Shown: positions 1-10,346 of the stretch, one piece after another | Layout: each line of letters begins with the position of its first letter | How positions within the stretch are numbered: position 1 is the first letter of the stretch | IMG/VR virus record: IMGVR_UViG_2939201121_000002 | Location: 1 to 64,000 of that record | Length of the DNA stretch: 64,000 nucleotides | Direction: 5' to 3' (one strand) | Source of the DNA: a virus | Lineage: Duplodnaviria > Caudoviricetes | Program-made: the position numbers and the translations under genes | The notes under the pieces: generated by a model | Databases searched by the model: none | The model's input: only the letters and a program-made list of their open reading frames with translations | Told to the model about the DNA's origin: nothing

Positions 1-1047
1 TCAAGAAAATAATTCTCTGACACGTTGACCTTGCTCTTTTTTATGTTCGTCGAGCAGATGGGAATAAATATCAAGAGTAATAGATATTTTATAATGTCCT
101 AATCTTTTACTTATATACTCGATTGGTATTCCTTTCGAAAGTAAATACGATGTGTGAGTGTGTCTTAATGCATAAGGTGTTATTGAATCGTCTTTTAAAC
201 CTACTTCTTTTTTTGCATGATTAAATGCTTTAGATACAGCACTATGACTTAATTTGAACAGTTTACCATCAACACGCTTAGGTAACTTAGCCAACTTAGA
301 TTTAATAAGTTTTATGTCTTTTTGAGCAACTTCTACAAAGCGATCAGCATTGGCTGATTTAGTACCTCGTAAATGTATAATGCCTTCTTTCTCATTTAAA
401 TCTATATCTATCATATTTATTGCATCGCTATATCTAGCTCCAGTAATTGCTAAAATAAAAAGAAAAATATAACTTTCTTCATTTCGTTTTTTAAAATATT
501 CAATCAAATTTTCGTATTGTTTTATTGTCATAAATTTTGTAGCTTCTTCTTTTGATTTTTTCGTTCCTTTGACTTCCACATTATAGGTAGGGTCCTTTTT
601 TAAATAACCATCATATAATGCATCACGCAAACAACGAGATAAACAGCCATGCACTTTTCGTACAGTTTCATCAGTATGACCCTCACCGTAATCATTTAAA
701 AATTTCTGATACTCTGTTCGAATAATATTTTTTATTAACATACCTGCACCGAAATATTTTTCAAACAAAATAATAGAACGTTCATACCAATAATATTGGC
801 GCTTAGATAAATTTTTCTTATTTTTTATCACAAGCCAATCATTGTAATACTCCTTAAATGTTTTATCGTCAATTGCATTTCCATCTTCTAAATCGCGTAT
901 CAATTGTTGTGCTGCATTAACCGCCTCAGCTTTAGTTTTGAATCCTGATTTACGTTTCTTGCCTGATTTAAAAGAGGGGTGTTTGACGTCGTATTGCCAG
1001 GACGATGACGTTTTATTTTTACGTTTTGTTACTGTAAATGATGCCAT
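1..1047 (-). CDS. int: Tyrosine integrase
   Basis: TGARYSD, YALRHTH and RLGH...Y catalytic motifs; ATG at 1047 with AGGAGG RBS upstream. Confidence 0.95.
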   Translation of the reverse strand: MASFTVTKRKNKTSSSWQYDVKHPSFKSGKKRKSGFKTKAEAVNAAQQLIRDLEDGNAIDDKTFKEYYNDWLVIKNKKNLSKRQYYWYERSIILFEKYFGAGMLIKNIIRTEYQKFLNDYGEGHTDETVRKVHGCLSRCLRDALYDGYLKKDPTYNVEVKGTKKSKEEATKFMTIKQYENLIEYFKKRNEESYIFLFILAITGARYSDAINMIDIDLNEKEGIIHLRGTKSANADRFVEVAQKDIKLIKSKLAKLPKRVDGKLFKLSHSAVSKAFNHAKKEVGLKDDSITPYALRHTHTSYLLSKGIPIEYISKRLGHYKISITLDIYSHLLDEHKKEQGQRVRELFS

Positions 1048-1182
1048 TTTGTAGTTCCTCCTCAAAAAAAGTAAAAAATAATAAGGGTACGGCAAGGTAC
1101 CCATGTATATTATTCGAAACTTGAAACTATAAGACTTTTCACTTTACCCTCATCGTCTAGTGATAAAGTGACGTAATAATCC

Positions 1183-2202
1183 TTATTTAAAGTAAGATAT
1201 TTCCAATTTTAAACCATAATTTTTTTCTTTTGTTACTATCTTTTCTTCAATATAATCAAATTCTTTATATTTTCCACCATAAATATAGGCTGTACAATCA
1301 ACTATGTTATCTAAATAATCGTTTAAGGATTCTGCATTCTCTTTAGGAATATATCCAACAGTGAATTTACCGTACTCGTTAGAAATCATAACCTTTATAG
1401 CATTAGAATCATAAATGTTATTTGGTTCTTTTTTTAAATAAACTCCCGGAACACTTTCGTAACTAGCTATTTCAAATAATTCACCGCCTAATTCCAGTTC
1501 CTCTATTAATTCGTTTCCTCTTAAATCTTCATACAAGAAAATAAATTCTTCGTTCTTTTTCATAGAATTTATCATTTTTTTCAATTTATTACGTCTATTA
1601 TCGTAATTTAAACCAACTACGATAAAGGATTCACGAAGAATGTTGTCGGTCGTTTTCTCGTCATTTATTGAATCATGGTTTTCCACATTGTTTTGTGTTA
1701 CAACAGGGGAATTGTCTTTTATTTGTTGAAATTCTGAATGGTTAGTATATAAGTTTGTCGCTAACGAATCTTTGTTTGATTTTAAGTTATTTAATTCTTC
1801 TTTTAATAATTCGATTTCTTTTTCTTTAGTACGTAATAAATCTTTTTGTGTTTCTAGAGTTGTTTTTTGTTCGTCCAGCGCTTGAGATAAAACTTCTATA
1901 GCTATCACAGATTCAACATTAGTAAATTTAAAAATTAAATCCTTAGATGAATTGTCATAAGTTAAATAGATGTTATTAGATGTGAAAGTTTTTTTAGATG
2001 TCACAGAATTTATATCAGACCATGGAATTACATATATAAAATCCTTTTTCTCACACACGAAGGCTATCTCTTTAAGAGAAGATATAATCGAACCGCTATA
2101 TTCAACTCCCTGGAAATTTGTTGTTCCCGTTGTTTCTATAATAGTTTTAAAATCAGCGAATTTATCCAAAAAATATTTCTTATCCCTTTGTTTAGCTTTC
2201 AT
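1183..2202 (-). CDS. Lysogeny-module accessory protein: N-terminal PH-like region, coiled coil, C-terminal HIRAN-like domain
   Basis: LKKEPNNIYDSNAIKV...VGYIP is the HIRAN signature; located between cI and int. Confidence 0.7.
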   Translation of the reverse strand: MKAKQRDKKYFLDKFADFKTIIETTGTTNFQGVEYSGSIISSLKEIAFVCEKKDFIYVIPWSDINSVTSKKTFTSNNIYLTYDNSSKDLIFKFTNVESVIAIEVLSQALDEQKTTLETQKDLLRTKEKEIELLKEELNNLKSNKDSLATNLYTNHSEFQQIKDNSPVVTQNNVENHDSINDEKTTDNILRESFIVVGLNYDNRRNKLKKMINSMKKNEEFIFLYEDLRGNELIEELELGGELFEIASYESVPGVYLKKEPNNIYDSNAIKVMISNEYGKFTVGYIPKENAESLNDYLDNIVDCTAYIYGGKYKEFDYIEEKIVTKEKNYGLKLEISYFK

Positions 2203-2216
2203 AAATGACCATCTCC

Positions 2217-2909
2217 TTACAGTATAACTTTTCCCGCTACTTTAATATCGTGACTACTATCAAAATGTAAGTCAGGATATTTTGAGTTCAACGAAACTAA
2301 ACGTATTCCTTTTTCGTTGATAAATACCTTTTTTAAATAAGCTTCACCATCAATAACAAAGATACCGATTTGACCACTATTAATTTGTTTCGTTTTATCA
2401 ACAAAGATAATCTCTTTATCTTCAAACATAGGCTCCATTGAATCACCGTTGACCTGCAATGCAAAGTCGTGATTAGGTATGTGTCCGTTGTACTGTGTTG
2501 TGAACTCTACACCATCTATTAACGTTTCTCCGGTACCTGCTGAAGCATAACCATAAACGGCGACCTCTTCTGATACTATGTTGTTTGAATTGATATGTAA
2601 GACTTTGTTGTTTTGTTCATCTAATTGTTCAGTAGCGTAGTCTAATACACGCTTTTGACGGGAAGGTGTGAGTTGGATTAATGTAGTTATTGAGTCGCTA
2701 ACTAACGTATCATCAATCCCCATCAAGTTTTCTGGTTTAATATTTAACCCTTTACAAATTTTAATTATATTTTCTACTTTAGCATTGAACACTCCTCTTT
2801 CTAATATAGAACGAACTGTCGTATAAGCTAACCCTATTTCTTCTGAAAAAGCTTTAACCGAACCGGATTTTAATTCCATTAAATGTTTTAAATGTTTTTC
2901 TTTTTCCAA
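2217..2909 (-). CDS. cI: CI-like repressor (HTH + S24 autopeptidase)
   Basis: N-terminal HTH, AG cleavage site (ASAGTG), GDSMEP and YLKK catalytic motifs. Confidence 0.93.
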   Translation of the reverse strand: MEKEKHLKHLMELKSGSVKAFSEEIGLAYTTVRSILERGVFNAKVENIIKICKGLNIKPENLMGIDDTLVSDSITTLIQLTPSRQKRVLDYATEQLDEQNNKVLHINSNNIVSEEVAVYGYASAGTGETLIDGVEFTTQYNGHIPNHDFALQVNGDSMEPMFEDKEIIFVDKTKQINSGQIGIFVIDGEAYLKKVFINEKGIRLVSLNSKYPDLHFDSSHDIKVAGKVIL

Positions 2910-2950
2910 TTTTGGTTACCTCATTTCTAAAATATACTTATATAATAACA

Positions 2951-3088
2951 TGCGAAAAATCGTATATCAAGGCAAAGGAAATAAAAAAATACGAAAATTA
3001 GTATTGACTAGGCACGAAATTTCGTATATAGTGTACTTAAGCACTTCGGCAGTGCTAATTTTTAAAATTTCAAATACGAAAATTCGTA
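2951..3088. promoter_or_regulatory. Genetic switch: four 14-bp palindromic operators and the rightward promoter
   Basis: TGCGAAAAATCGTA 2951, TACGAAAATTAGTA 2990, CACGAAATTTCGTA 3013, TACGAAAATTCGTA 3075; TTGACT 3004, 17 bp spacer, TATAGT 3027. Confidence 0.8.
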
Positions 3089-3105
3089 TAATTGGAGGAG
3101 GTACA

Positions 3106-3321
3106 ATGTTGACCAATTTAGAAAAAGTTAGAAAACAGAATAAAGTATCTCTGGTGGATATCGCAGACTTATTAGAGGTTCGATATCAAACGGTATCAGA
3201 TAAGATTAACGGTATTTCTGATTTCAAATTTGGAGAAGCGTTACTTATTAAAAATACTTTCTTTCCAGAGTATGAAATTGAATATCTGTTTTCAAGAGAA
3301 AAAGAAAAAGTCACAACTTAA
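3106..3321 (+). CDS. cro: Cro-like HTH protein
   Basis: Short XRE HTH divergent from cI; GGAGG RBS before ATG 3106. Confidence 0.85.
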   Translation: MLTNLEKVRKQNKVSLVDIADLLEVRYQTVSDKINGISDFKFGEALLIKNTFFPEYEIEYLFSREKEKVTT

Positions 3322-3332
3322 AGGAGGACACT

Positions 3333-3593
3333 ATGAACGAAGAAGAAAAAAATAAATTTCTATCAATATTGAATGACAGCAATTATCGAATGACCATTGC
3401 AAGTTTACTGATAATAGCAATGGAAGAAAGAGATTCTAATTTCAATCGGTCAGTCGGCTATCTCATAAATTCTTTAAACGAAAATAACCGACCAACAGAA
3501 GAGGCTAAAACAAAATCGATATTACCAACGCTGTTATCGATACTAGCAATGACAATGTCGATAGTAGCAGTGGTATTGCAAATTTTAAATTAA
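3333..3593 (+). CDS. Hypothetical protein with C-terminal TM helix
   Basis: ORF with AGGAGG RBS; hydrophobic C-terminus. Confidence 0.6.
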   Translation: MNEEEKNKFLSILNDSNYRMTIASLLIIAMEERDSNFNRSVGYLINSLNENNRPTEEAKTKSILPTLLSILAMTMSIVAVVLQILN

Positions 3594-3789
3594 AGTTTTC
3601 GAAGAATTCTCTACCTTCATCAGAGATATAGACGTAATCGTCATGAATAGGAAAATAACCGTCAAAATCCACAATTTTTTGATAGATGTAATTTTTGTTT
3701 AATAAACGATCAGTAGTTCTATTATCTTTGTATTTCAATTGGCCTTTAAGGTAAAGCGAAAACAAGTAACAGTACATTTTAAAACTCAT
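3505..3789 (-). CDS. Leftward hypothetical membrane protein (moron-like)
   Basis: AGGAGGTG RBS before ATG 3789; C-terminal TM helix; TATACT -10-like box upstream. Confidence 0.65.
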   Translation of the reverse strand: MSFKMYCYLFSLYLKGQLKYKDNRTTDRLLNKNYIYQKIVDFDGYFPIHDDYVYISDEGREFFENFNLKFAIPLLLSTLSLLVSITALVISILF

Positions 3790-3861
3790 ACTTCTCACCT
3801 CCTTTCGCCAGGAGATAAGAAAAGTATAGCACAACGAAATTTAAATAAGGAGAAAAGAAAA

Positions 3862-4071
3862 ATGGAATTTATCGGATTTGCAGATGCACAAGAATTTATC
3901 AAAATTAGCGGTATTTCTGAATGGCATCTTGAACATGAAGTATATGCAAATGCAGATTTCAGAAAGACGTGTATGTTCAGATTCGGAAAAGGCGGTAAAC
4001 GCTATATCGAGATTGAACCAGCGCTTAAATTTATTAAAGAAAACATTTTAATCAGAGAAACGGACTTATAA
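3862..4071 (+). CDS. Small early protein, DUF771/excisionase-like
   Basis: MEFIGFADA...KRYIE pattern typical of staphylococcal phage DUF771; RBS present. Confidence 0.6.
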   Translation: MEFIGFADAQEFIKISGISEWHLEHEVYANADFRKTCMFRFGKGGKRYIEIEPALKFIKENILIRETDL

Positions 4072-4084
4072 GGAGGTGATTAAA

Positions 4085-4261
4085 ATGAAAAACATTATTG
4101 CATGGTTCATGACGGTTGCCGTCGCATTTGTACTAGGTACAGCGCTTGCTTTTGTAGGTGTGTACTTTACCACAATCTTATTTGTGCTAACTGTGGTTGA
4201 AATCATCACATACTACGGTACCTACTACACAATCGAAGCATTAAAAAAGACTGAGTGCTAG
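4085..4261 (+). CDS. Small hydrophobic phage protein
   Basis: RBS, two hydrophobic stretches. Confidence 0.6.
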   Translation: MKNIIAWFMTVAVAFVLGTALAFVGVYFTTILFVLTVVEIITYYGTYYTIEALKKTEC

Positions 4262-4341
4262 CTGCAACTAGCAAACAGTCGAAGTAATAAAAAATATTTT
4301 TTTATGGATTAATTATACCACAAATCATAGGAGGAACCATC

Positions 4342-4548
4342 ATGTCAGAAAAAATCAAAGTATCCTACACAGAATTTAAAAATTTAATCGCTTCTGAAAC
4401 TAAATTAGAACAGGAAAATCAGGAGCTTAAAGAAAGAATTGAGATTTTAGAGGGTCTTTATAAATTTAAGTCCGAAGAAGCCGAAAAATTAAAGAGAGAA
4501 TTAGACAATTGGACTCTCGAAGATCACGAGGAGGAACCCGTATTTTGA
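4342..4548 (+). CDS. Hypothetical coiled-coil protein
   Basis: AGGAGG RBS, ORF. Confidence 0.6.
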   Translation: MSEKIKVSYTEFKNLIASETKLEQENQELKERIEILEGLYKFKSEEAEKLKRELDNWTLEDHEEEPVF

Positions 4549-4790
4549 CTAAATCAGAAGCTTTAAAAATAGCAAATCACATCAACAAGTTGATTTATAA
4601 ATCCAACAAAACAGCTTCATTAAGATTTTCAATGAGAAACGGAAAACCCGAAATTTCATTCATATATGTCGTCGAATTTGGACGTGCTAAACATATAAAA
4701 ATTTCAAAATGGTTCACCGAAGAACTCGTTGAAGAAGCAATTAAAGAAATTGAAAGAATTTTGAAAGAGGAGGCGTCATTTGATGAGTAA
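4545..4790 (+). CDS. Hypothetical protein
   Basis: TTG start overlapping the upstream stop, GAGGAGG RBS. Confidence 0.55.
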   Translation: MTKSEALKIANHINKLIYKSNKTASLRFSMRNGKPEISFIYVVEFGRAKHIKISKWFTEELVEEAIKEIERILKEEASFDE

Positions 4791-5268
4791 TTTATTTGAC
4801 CTTAATCAAAACGAACTCACAATTTTAGAAATGCTGGAAAATGAAGAATTAAGTTTTGATGATGTAAAAGACACATTAGACGCAATTCAAGACGAGCAAA
4901 AACGTAAATATGATTCTATGCAAAAGATGGTTCTATCGTTAAAAGGTGATGTAAATACATTAAAAGAACGTGAGACGGCACTTAATAAACGTCGTAAATC
5001 ATATGAAAACAAAATCAAATCACTTCAAAATTATATGCTTGAATCAATGAAGTTTAAAGGCGAAACGAACTTTAAAACTCAGGAATTCACATACTTCATT
5101 CGTAAATCTGACTTAACTCAGATTGATGACGAAAGTGCAATACCTGATAAGTACAAAGTAGAACAAGCGCCTAAAATAAACAAAACGCAAATAAAGAAAG
5201 ACATTAAAGCAGGAATTGAAGTTAAAGGTGCATCGCTCATCGAGAATGAAAGTTTAGGGGTGAGATGA
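4783..5268 (+). CDS. Siphovirus Gp157-family protein
   Basis: Coiled coil plus IPDKY...KINKTQIKKDIKAG.EV.GA.L C-terminal motif. Confidence 0.85.
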   Translation: MSNLFDLNQNELTILEMLENEELSFDDVKDTLDAIQDEQKRKYDSMQKMVLSLKGDVNTLKERETALNKRRKSYENKIKSLQNYMLESMKFKGETNFKTQEFTYFIRKSDLTQIDDESAIPDKYKVEQAPKINKTQIKKDIKAGIEVKGASLIENESLGVR

Positions 5269-5442
5269 TTGGAAGTATGGAAACCAATTTTAAACTATGA
5301 GGGTTTATATGAAGTGAGTAATACAGGAAAAATAAAGAGTTTAAAGAAAAGTATCATCATGAAACCACCTACAAATAACAGTGGTTATAAAACAAAGGTC
5401 AACTGTGGGGTTGGTTACAGGAGGATGCATCATGACATTTAA
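5269..5442 (+). pseudogene. NUMOD4 motif remnant of an HNH homing endonuclease
   Basis: Translates as EVWKPILNYEGLYEVSNTGKIKSL...; ends after 57 aa with no HNH domain. Confidence 0.7.
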
Positions 5443-6133
5443 CATAAAACCAGCATCAGAAATACAAAAAAAGAAAATAACTTATTTATTATATGCACCT
5501 CCTGGAACCGGTAAAACACATACGATCAATTTTTTAGAAGGTAAAACATTATATATATCTGTAGATAAAACAGAATACCCACTAAGAAATAATCCGGATG
5601 TAGATATTTTAGATTTTAATACTCACGAGGCTTGGAATGAATATGCTGAACTAGCAAAGTTTTTAAAAGAATCAGACTTATCGAAGTACGAAAATATAGT
5701 AATAGATAACATTTCTGAATTGTTTAGAGCGATGTTAGCAAATTTAGGAAGAGACGGACGAAATCAAAGAGTCCCAGAAATGAGACATTATCAACAAGTA
5801 GATTTCTTCATAATTGACAGTTTTAGATTTATGCAATCACTGGGCAAGCGTCTCGTTTTTTTAGCGTGGGAAACCACAGAAGAATTTCATTCGGAGGGTG
5901 GTCAAATTCTCACTAAAACTGTGCCGGATATTCGGAAAACTATACGTGATAATATCGCAGGACTGTGTCAAGTAGTTGCAAAATTGAAGTATAACGAAAA
6001 GACAGAAACAAGAGGTTTTTACTTACAAGCTACAAATAGTATTTACGCTAAAAATCAGTTAGATAGCAGAAAACATTGTCTGCAAGATGAATTATTTAAC
6101 GTTGGCGGGGAGGTGGTCAACAATGGCGACTAA
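5432..6133 (+). CDS. Sak4-like (AAA_24) ssDNA-annealing recombinase
   Basis: Walker A APPGTGKT, Walker B IVIDN, AKNQLD C-terminal motif. Confidence 0.85.
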   Translation: MTFNIKPASEIQKKKITYLLYAPPGTGKTHTINFLEGKTLYISVDKTEYPLRNNPDVDILDFNTHEAWNEYAELAKFLKESDLSKYENIVIDNISELFRAMLANLGRDGRNQRVPEMRHYQQVDFFIIDSFRFMQSLGKRLVFLAWETTEEFHSEGGQILTKTVPDIRKTIRDNIAGLCQVVAKLKYNEKTETRGFYLQATNSIYAKNQLDSRKHCLQDELFNVGGEVVNNGD

Positions 6134-7480
6134 CTTCCAACTGAGAGATTACCAAATTGAATTAATTAATGGATTATATGATTCGATTGGAAAAGGTAAT
6201 CAAAACATTATGGTACAGTCGCCTGCCTGAATGCAGGAAGCGGTAAGTCTGTCACCATGTCAGAGGTAGCAAGGCGTGCGACTGACAAAGGCAATAGAGT
6301 GCTGTTTTGCGTACACAGGATAGAGTTAGTGAACCAAATCAAAAACACGTTTCGATTAAACAATGTTGACATGGATCTATGTCATGTCGGAATGGTTCAA
6401 ACAATCAAGAATCGTGTCAAACGTGGTGCAGAACCTGAACCGTCAATCATCTTAGTGGACGAAGCGCACCACTCATTAGCAAAAACGTATCTCGATATAT
6501 TCGAGGCGTTTCCCGACGCGTATGTGTTTGGCTTCAGCGCAACACCATGTAGATTAAACGGTAGAGGTTTTACAGACGTGTTCACTGATTTAATACCTGG
6601 TAAAACAGTTAAATGGTTAATCGACAACAAACGATTAGCACCGTTTAAATATTATTCGGTGAATTTGCTCGACGCTAATCAATTAAAAACAGCTAGCACA
6701 GGTGACTACCGTTCTGATTCAATTACAAACGCGATGAAAACGACAATTTATGGTGATGCCGTTGAAAACTATAAGAAGTTTGCTGACGGTAAGAAAACTA
6801 TTATCTACACTCACAATGTTGAATCGAGTAAGCAGGTTGCAGAAAAGTTTAATCAATCAGGTTATAAAGCGTTGCAAGTTGATGGTAAAACACCTAAATC
6901 TGAACGTGATGCAGCAATGGCAAAATTCAGAAATAACGAGGTTAATATACTCGTTAATGCCGAGTTGTACGGCGAAGGTGTAGACGTGCCAGATTGTCAC
7001 TGTGTCATACTGCTACGCCCTACTAAATCACTGACGTTATTCATTCAGCAGACTATGCGTGCGATGCGTTATCAAGAAAACAAGACAGCAATCATCATAG
7101 ATCATGTAGGCAATTATCTTACACATGGGTTACCTACAACCGAGCATGACTGGCATGAGCATTTTAAAGGCGTTGATAAAAAGAAGCGTGAAGAGAATAC
7201 TGTTATGGCTAAACAATGCCCAGAATGTTTTAGTGTAGTAGCTTCTACACACTCGGAATGTCCATATTGCGGGCATGAATGGAAATCAGAAGAGCAAGCA
7301 TTACAACAAGATTCAGAAACAGAATTAGAAGAAATTACAGAAGAAACATTTATCAAATTAAATTTTAAAGAACCTAAAGACTGCAAGAGTATGAAAGAGT
7401 TATACGAATTAGCTAAAAACAGGGGTTATAAACCTGGTTGGGCATACTTTCAAGGCAAACATTTAGGACTAATCAAATAA
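6123..7480 (+). CDS. SF2 (DEAH) helicase with C-terminal Zn ribbon, interrupted by an 8-nt insert at 6228-6235
   Basis: 6123-6227 encodes MATNFQLRDYQ...VQSPA; 6236 onward encodes GSGKSVT...DEAH...SAT. Confidence 0.85.
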
Positions 7481-7497
7481 AAAGGAGATTTTAAATT

Positions 7498-8001
7498 ATG
7501 ACAAACTTTACTTTAAATATGGAGGATACTTTCGATGGAGGTATCCAAGATGGGACTTATGAAACGGTGATTACAAAGTGTGAGGAAAATGTAACGCCAG
7601 GTGGAGCAGAACACGTAGACATGCGCTTAACAATCAGAAATGACGTAAATCAAAAATATAAAAATAACGTTATTTTCCATAAGATTTGGAAAGCAAAAGC
7701 AACTGGTAAATACGACATGCGATTTTTCAACACAATCGGTGCAGCGGCACAATTGCAACAAGGTAAAGCATATTCGTCAATTGAAGAATTATTCAATGAC
7801 TACTTAGGCAAACCAGTTAAAGTCACAGTTAAAAACGAAACTTCAGAATATAACGGCAACACTTATGAAAATCTAAACGTTAAACGTTGGGATAAAACAG
7901 CGTTACCGGAAATGACACATCAATTTAAAACTACCGAAGACGGTGAGAATCCATTTGCAGGTGGAGAAGTTAATGTTGATGATGACGACTTACCATTTTA
8001 A
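7498..8001 (+). CDS. DUF669-type ssDNA-binding protein
   Basis: Acidic DDDDLPF tail; position in the Sak4/helicase module. Confidence 0.8.
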   Translation: MTNFTLNMEDTFDGGIQDGTYETVITKCEENVTPGGAEHVDMRLTIRNDVNQKYKNNVIFHKIWKAKATGKYDMRFFNTIGAAAQLQQGKAYSSIEELFNDYLGKPVKVTVKNETSEYNGNTYENLNVKRWDKTALPEMTHQFKTTEDGENPFAGGEVNVDDDDLPF

Positions 8002-8029
8002 TTCGTAAATAAAAACAAGGAGGGTTATT

Positions 8030-10336
8030 ATGTACGACAATATACCTTACGAATTAAAAGAATTAGATCGTTGGTGTTGCTTCAAGATTGAGCAAGGTAC
8101 AAACGGGCGTAAAACAAAACGCCCTTATAACCCCCTTACCAATCAAATGGCGAAGTCCAACGACGAAAATACATGGGTATCGTTCGAAGATGCCGCAAGT
8201 CTATCTATCAATTATGACGGTATTGGTTTTTTCTTCAAAGAACCATATATCGGTGTCGACCTAGATGGTGTCGGTAAAGAAATTACCGAATATTTAGAAA
8301 ATGAAGAAGCCGAAAACATTGTTTCGGAATTTATAGAGATACTCGAAACCTATGCAGAAATCAGTCCATCGGGAAGCGGTATTCACTTAATTGTTAAAGG
8401 TGAATTACCTGCAAAAGGTCGCAGACGTGGCAATGTAGAAATTTATAATCATGGTCGATTCTTCACGATGACAGGCAAACACATTGGTGGATATAACCGC
8501 ATTAACGAAGATGAGATGAATAAACTATCCTACTTACACAGTAAATACATTCTAAAGCCTGATACAGAAAAGAAAATTATTAACACCAACAAAGGATTCG
8601 GCAATGATTTATCAATAGAACAGATTATCGATATTGCTAAAAAATCTAAAAATGGTTTACGTTTTACTACTCTATACGAGGGGGATTGGTCACAATTCTA
8701 CTCATCACAATCAGAAGCGGACCTCGCATTCTGTAACGACCTAGCGTTTTGGACCGCACGTGATCCACACAAGATGGACGCGATTTTCAGAAAATCAGTG
8801 TTATACCGTGATAAATGGGATGAAACTCGTGGTGAAGATACGTACGGCAATATCACAATTTCAAGAGCAATAGAAAGTTGCAGCAACGAGTTTATTCCTG
8901 AAGTTTCACCCGATAACGATTTTCAGATTTATGTCATGGAGCAAGACGTTAAGCCTGCAAAGAAAGACAAGCGTTATTCATACGATGACACGGGCAACGC
9001 TGAACGATTACGTGATTATTACGGCGATTACATTCGATACAACTACACAGCAAATGCATGGTTTTACTATGACGGCAAGCGTTGGAAAAAAGACGATGCA
9101 GGTAAGATGAAGCATCTTGTGGATAAAGTTGTGAATAAGTTGAAAGACGAAAAATTGTACATCAGTGATGATGTGGACGAAGAAGATATGAAGAAGTACC
9201 GATATCGACACTGGAAAGATTCACGTAACCACAGTAAAAAAGTGAACATGATGAAAGAATGTCAGCACTTGTTGCCGATTCATCATCATAATTTTGATAC
9301 GGATTTCACACTTTTTAATACTCAAAACGGTTATATCGATTTAGCTACCGGAATGCTACACGAACATGAGAAAAACAAATTCTTTACAAAAATGAGTAAC
9401 ACAGAATACACAGATAATGCTGATTGTCCGATATGGTTAGACTTCCTAAATGACATATTTTTAGGAAGACAAGAATTAATTGATTATATCCAACGAGCAG
9501 TCGGTTACTCATTATCAGGTTTCACATCAGAACAAGTGCTATTTGTTTTATACGGTAATGGTCGAAATGGTAAATCAGTATTTTTAGACATCATGAATGA
9601 AGTTTTTGGAGATTATGCAACGAACATTCGACCACAAGCAATCATGGCCGGTAAAAATAATTCTGACGCATCACCTGAAATCGCCAAACTCGATGGCGCT
9701 CGATTCGTTACTACTACAGAACCGAATGAGGGTGACCGATTTGACGAGGGATTATTAAAACAATTAACCGGTGGTGACAAGGTGTCAGCACGACGATTAT
9801 ACGAAAACGAATTCGAGTTTACACCACAGTTGAAACTTTGGATGGCAACGAACCATAAGCCATATGTTAGAGGCACTGACGAGGGAATATGGCGAAGATT
9901 CGTCATCATACCATTCGAAAAGCAAATACCGCTTCATGAAGTTGATAAGGATCTAACACAGAAACTTAAAAAGGAACTGCCTGCAATCATTAAGTGGTGT
10001 GTTGACGGTTACCTTGAGTGGCAACGTCTCGGACTTGCTGAACCAAAAATCATCAGAGAGCAGAGAGAAGAATACCGTACAGAAATGGACCCTATTGAGA
10101 TGTTTTTAGATGAGTGTTGTAGAAAAAGAAGCGAAACATCAAGAGTCAAAGGTAGTTTACTATTTCAGGCTTACGATATGTGGGCGAAAGAGAATCATCA
10201 GTACCGTATGACTAGTACTAAATTCGGTAAAGAAATGAAGAAAAAAATAAAATGGAAGCCCTCAAACGGAATTCAATATTTAGGAATAGAACTTTTGAAA
10301 GAGTACAACCCTAATTTTATAAAACTCAACTTGTAA
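8030..10336 (+). CDS. Primase-polymerase fused to D5/P4 SF3 helicase
   Basis: DLD and SPSGSGIH prim-pol motifs; GNGRNGKS Walker A. Confidence 0.9.
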   Translation: MYDNIPYELKELDRWCCFKIEQGTNGRKTKRPYNPLTNQMAKSNDENTWVSFEDAASLSINYDGIGFFFKEPYIGVDLDGVGKEITEYLENEEAENIVSEFIEILETYAEISPSGSGIHLIVKGELPAKGRRRGNVEIYNHGRFFTMTGKHIGGYNRINEDEMNKLSYLHSKYILKPDTEKKIINTNKGFGNDLSIEQIIDIAKKSKNGLRFTTLYEGDWSQFYSSQSEADLAFCNDLAFWTARDPHKMDAIFRKSVLYRDKWDETRGEDTYGNITISRAIESCSNEFIPEVSPDNDFQIYVMEQDVKPAKKDKRYSYDDTGNAERLRDYYGDYIRYNYTANAWFYYDGKRWKKDDAGKMKHLVDKVVNKLKDEKLYISDDVDEEDMKKYRYRHWKDSRNHSKKVNMMKECQHLLPIHHHNFDTDFTLFNTQNGYIDLATGMLHEHEKNKFFTKMSNTEYTDNADCPIWLDFLNDIFLGRQELIDYIQRAVGYSLSGFTSEQVLFVLYGNGRNGKSVFLDIMNEVFGDYATNIRPQAIMAGKNNSDASPEIAKLDGARFVTTTEPNEGDRFDEGLLKQLTGGDKVSARRLYENEFEFTPQLKLWMATNHKPYVRGTDEGIWRRFVIIPFEKQIPLHEVDKDLTQKLKKELPAIIKWCVDGYLEWQRLGLAEPKIIREQREEYRTEMDPIEMFLDECCRKRSETSRVKGSLLFQAYDMWAKENHQYRMTSTKFGKEMKKKIKWKPSNGIQYLGIELLKEYNPNFIKLNL

Positions 10337-10346
10337 TTTTACATTG

